A DNA stretch of 64,000 nucleotides. Source: Takakia lepidozioides. Lineage: Eukaryota > Plantae > Bryophyta. The position numbers and the translations under genes are program-made. The notes under the pieces were generated by a model. It worked only from the letters and a program-made list of their open reading frames with translations. It searched no databases and was not told where the DNA came from. The stretch lies in assembly GCA_030704615.1 (NCBI GenBank), contig CM060734.1, positions 11,470,001 to 11,534,000 on the forward strand. Direction: 5' to 3'. Below are positions 61,401-64,000 of the stretch, piece by piece (positions within the stretch are counted from its first letter, which is position 1; the number at the start of each line of letters is the position of its first letter).

Positions 61401-62853
61401 TCAGACCACCTTTGGCCTCTTGCAAATTCACTATGGAAACCCACCATGGAGGGCACAAGGGGGGGAACAACAATCCTCCTTTCCCCATCAATCCAACCTT
61501 ATCTTTCAGCAGAATCTATTTGGCTCCCGGGAAGGCTTCAGTTTTGTTCAATTACTCTCCCCAACAACTCTGGAACCATTGGACTAGTGAATATCTACGC
61601 GCCAAACTCATCAATAGAACGCTCTTAATTTTGGTCGACCTTGAATTCCAAAATGAGAGATCAGCCTTCAATTGACAGCTGGATATTATGAGGAGATCTC
61701 AACATGGTTGAGGCCTCGCAGGATAGAAAGGGTCTTGGCTCCTTCAATCCCAACCCTGACGAGATGGACCAATGGACCTCTTGCTTGCAAACCCATAGTC
61801 TGGCTGAGGCCATGCCAATCTCTGCTCAGGCTTCGGGTCTTAGATTCACTTGGACAAATAACAGAACATAGGCAGATCTCTGTATGGCGCGCCTTGACAG
61901 AACCTATGTCTCCCTTGACCTGGTGCAGCTCTCAAGAAGGATCCCCCAAGAGCCAATTCCTCAAGGATTTGACCATGCACCCATTTCTCTCTTGGTTCAA
62001 TTCCGTGGCAGTCAACGTCGTGGTAGAGGCTTGTTCAAAATCAACAATCTACTGCTTAAGCTACCTACCTTTAAACAGGGCCTTCGTCAAGCCTGGGCCA
62101 AGGCTGGGCTCCCCAATCAAAACCCAACCGAAAAATTCTTGGTCAAGCTCAAAGCAGTAAACATAGAGAGTCAAAAAATGAGCCTGGCCTTGTCAATCAT
62201 CAGGACGAAAAAGGTAGCAACCTTGGAAAAGTGTCTTAAGGTATGCCAAGCCAGAATGGAATCGACCAGATGTGATGAACATACATACCACACCTATGTT
62301 CAGGCCAGATGCAACCTTGACACCTACCATAAAATCCAGGAAATGAAGCTTAAACTAAAGGCAGGGGTCAACTGGTCGTCCAAAGGCGAGATGACAAAAT
62401 ACTTCTTTGACAAGACCCGGCTTCGAAGGGCTACTCAGGAACTCTCGGAACTTATAGACCAATCTTCGGGATTATCTACTACTTCTCCCAAAGCTATGGC
62501 CGCTCTATCCAGTAAACACTTTCAGCAGCTATTTTCATCAGACCATATCAACCTTGATCCATCTCCCTCTCAGACTGACTGCCTGGCACATACACCCACC
62601 ATCCTTTCGGGTCAAAAAGTCGTTTCCCTTGAAGGGGAGCTCACAGAGATCGAGCTAGAGGAGGCCTTGAAAAAACTTCAAAACAATAAGTCTCCAGGAA
62701 TGGATGGACTCTCTGTGGAATTCTACAAGGCAATGTGGCCAGATATTTCCACGGAATTCACGGATATGGCAAACCATCTGTTCCTCCAAGGCTTCATGCC
62801 CCCCGCCATGTCGCAAGGCGTCATCACCTTGTTGTACAAAAAAAGGGACAAAA
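58496..62853 (+). mobile_element. L1/Tx1-type LINE, 5' half (ORF1, APE endonuclease, start of RT), inserted into the A copy
   Basis: ORF1: KGRGFFSIVFESKEAANQAL (RRM/DUF4283-like) and CFNCGLLGHIKLNC. ORF2 from 61239: SWNIRGL, FLQEHK, NIYAPN, GDLN, RLDR, DHAPI, KSPGMDGL..EFYK, ITLLYKK. Confidence 0.93.
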
Positions 62854-63660
62854 ATAGTAGTCCTACTTCTATTACGTGTTGTAGTTCGGGTCCAAATTTC
62901 GTAAGAGGTATAAAAATAGTCTAGGCTCGGGTAACTCAAATGCACTGAAGTCGGCACCGACTTTACAGAGCACAACAAGCATCGACGTCGTCAGTTTAAG
63001 GTAACAAATGTCATATTGAAGTTGCTGCCGGGCTATGGGGTAATCTTCATAGCTATGGCTATATTGCACAAAACTTCATCCTCTTCTTGTTTTTTGGAAA
63101 GTGGTTGGCCATGCCATTCGTCTTGGCCCCTTAACCTTAAAGTCGGCAACAACTTTGACTTGCTCGATCAATGCCCAAACACCAACAAATTGTTGGAATG
63201 CGAATCATCGGAGCTTATGACTAAGGAGCTAATGATTTCCGATTGGCATTCAAACACAAGAAGGACTTTCCGAAAAAAACAGGCACCTATTCAATCTCTT
63301 TGCTTCACCCGAAAACCTATTTTGTTCTTGCACACATGACATGTCAAACCCTGAACTTTGATGAAGTCGGTGCCGACTTCACTGTCCGTAAGAAGCCTTC
63401 ACCCACTAGTTGTGGATGAATAATAGGATGGGTGCATTTACTAGAAACAATTCCAAAGACACCGGTGAATCGTTGATATCGCAAGAATCGGCTGCACCTC
63501 CTCTAATATGTTGGACCTTTGTGTTTCCGTGGCTTAAGTACCAAGTAATCGAATACAAAACCAGCCCACAGACGATCCTCTTCTTCATTTTCTGAAAGTC
63601 AGTGCCGACCTTACTGTGTGGGGGCTCAACAAGCAAAATGCTTTTCCATATGCACTCCAA
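62854..63660. other. Lineage-C-type sequence with AGTCGGYRCCGACT palindromes and possible minus-strand exon remnants
   Basis: Palindromes at ~62949, 63141, 63365 and 63597, with protein-like stretches between them. Confidence 0.45.
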
Positions 63661-63869
63661 AAGCTGATTCCAATGTTGTTGTTTTGGGATATCATCTTGC
63701 CTGTTCTCACTTCATGGGATAGTAGAGCTTTTTCCTAGCTTCATTATGTTCGACGACAGCTCTAACTATTAGCACAGTATGGACGGATCCAGAATACATT
63801 GTCAGATTGAGTTATGGCCACAGTAGCCAGATTTGCATTTCATGACGTTCTCTCGGGAAGAGAGGCAAG

Positions 63870-64000
63870 GTTCGTTATTCACTGCTTGCAGTGTGTGTGC
63901 CTTATGGCGTAATTCGGGGTTTTAATTTTTTTCCCCAAAATAAAACTTAATAAAAATCCCAGGGATACAATCCCCCTGTTAACTAAAAAAAGAAAAAAAA
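63870..64000 (+). mobile_element. 3' end of a non-LTR retroposon with poly-A tail
   Basis: Similar to 44250-44330; ends in AAAAAAAGAAAAAAAA. Confidence 0.55.

Overview
Eukaryotic, land-plant-type repeat-rich DNA (GT-AG introns, PLS-type PPR and F-box/kelch gene fragments), almost entirely nested, decayed transposable elements, with no intact host gene evident. It contains a Ty3/gypsy element (LTR 18168-18691, PBS, gag, pol) split by an 11.5-kb insertion, an L1-type LINE broken into two oppositely oriented halves, a 3-kb TG...CA insertion with a 5-bp TSD, and a Myb/trihelix relic. The main finding is a family of large Mutator-like DNA transposons present as three diverged lineages: A 5309-16801 (plus a partial near-identical copy at 56697-58495), B 29376-42834, and scrambled C pieces in 43270-63620. 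In A and B a GCM-like/DDE/SWIM transposase gene is paired head-to-head with an intron-containing gene for a ParB/Srx-domain protein fused to a prokaryote-type beta-class N6A/N4C DNA methyltransferase fold with atypical motifs (DIPD, DLxxSTG). B and C also carry a third unknown ORF. Each lineage has its own CG-containing palindrome in arrays; in A and B these fill the same orthologous intron of the ParB-MTase gene. Hypothesis (inference): a transposon-encoded, self-targeted DNA-binding/modification system, with parS-like or VANC-like logic. All domain calls are from motifs read by eye; no database searches were run.
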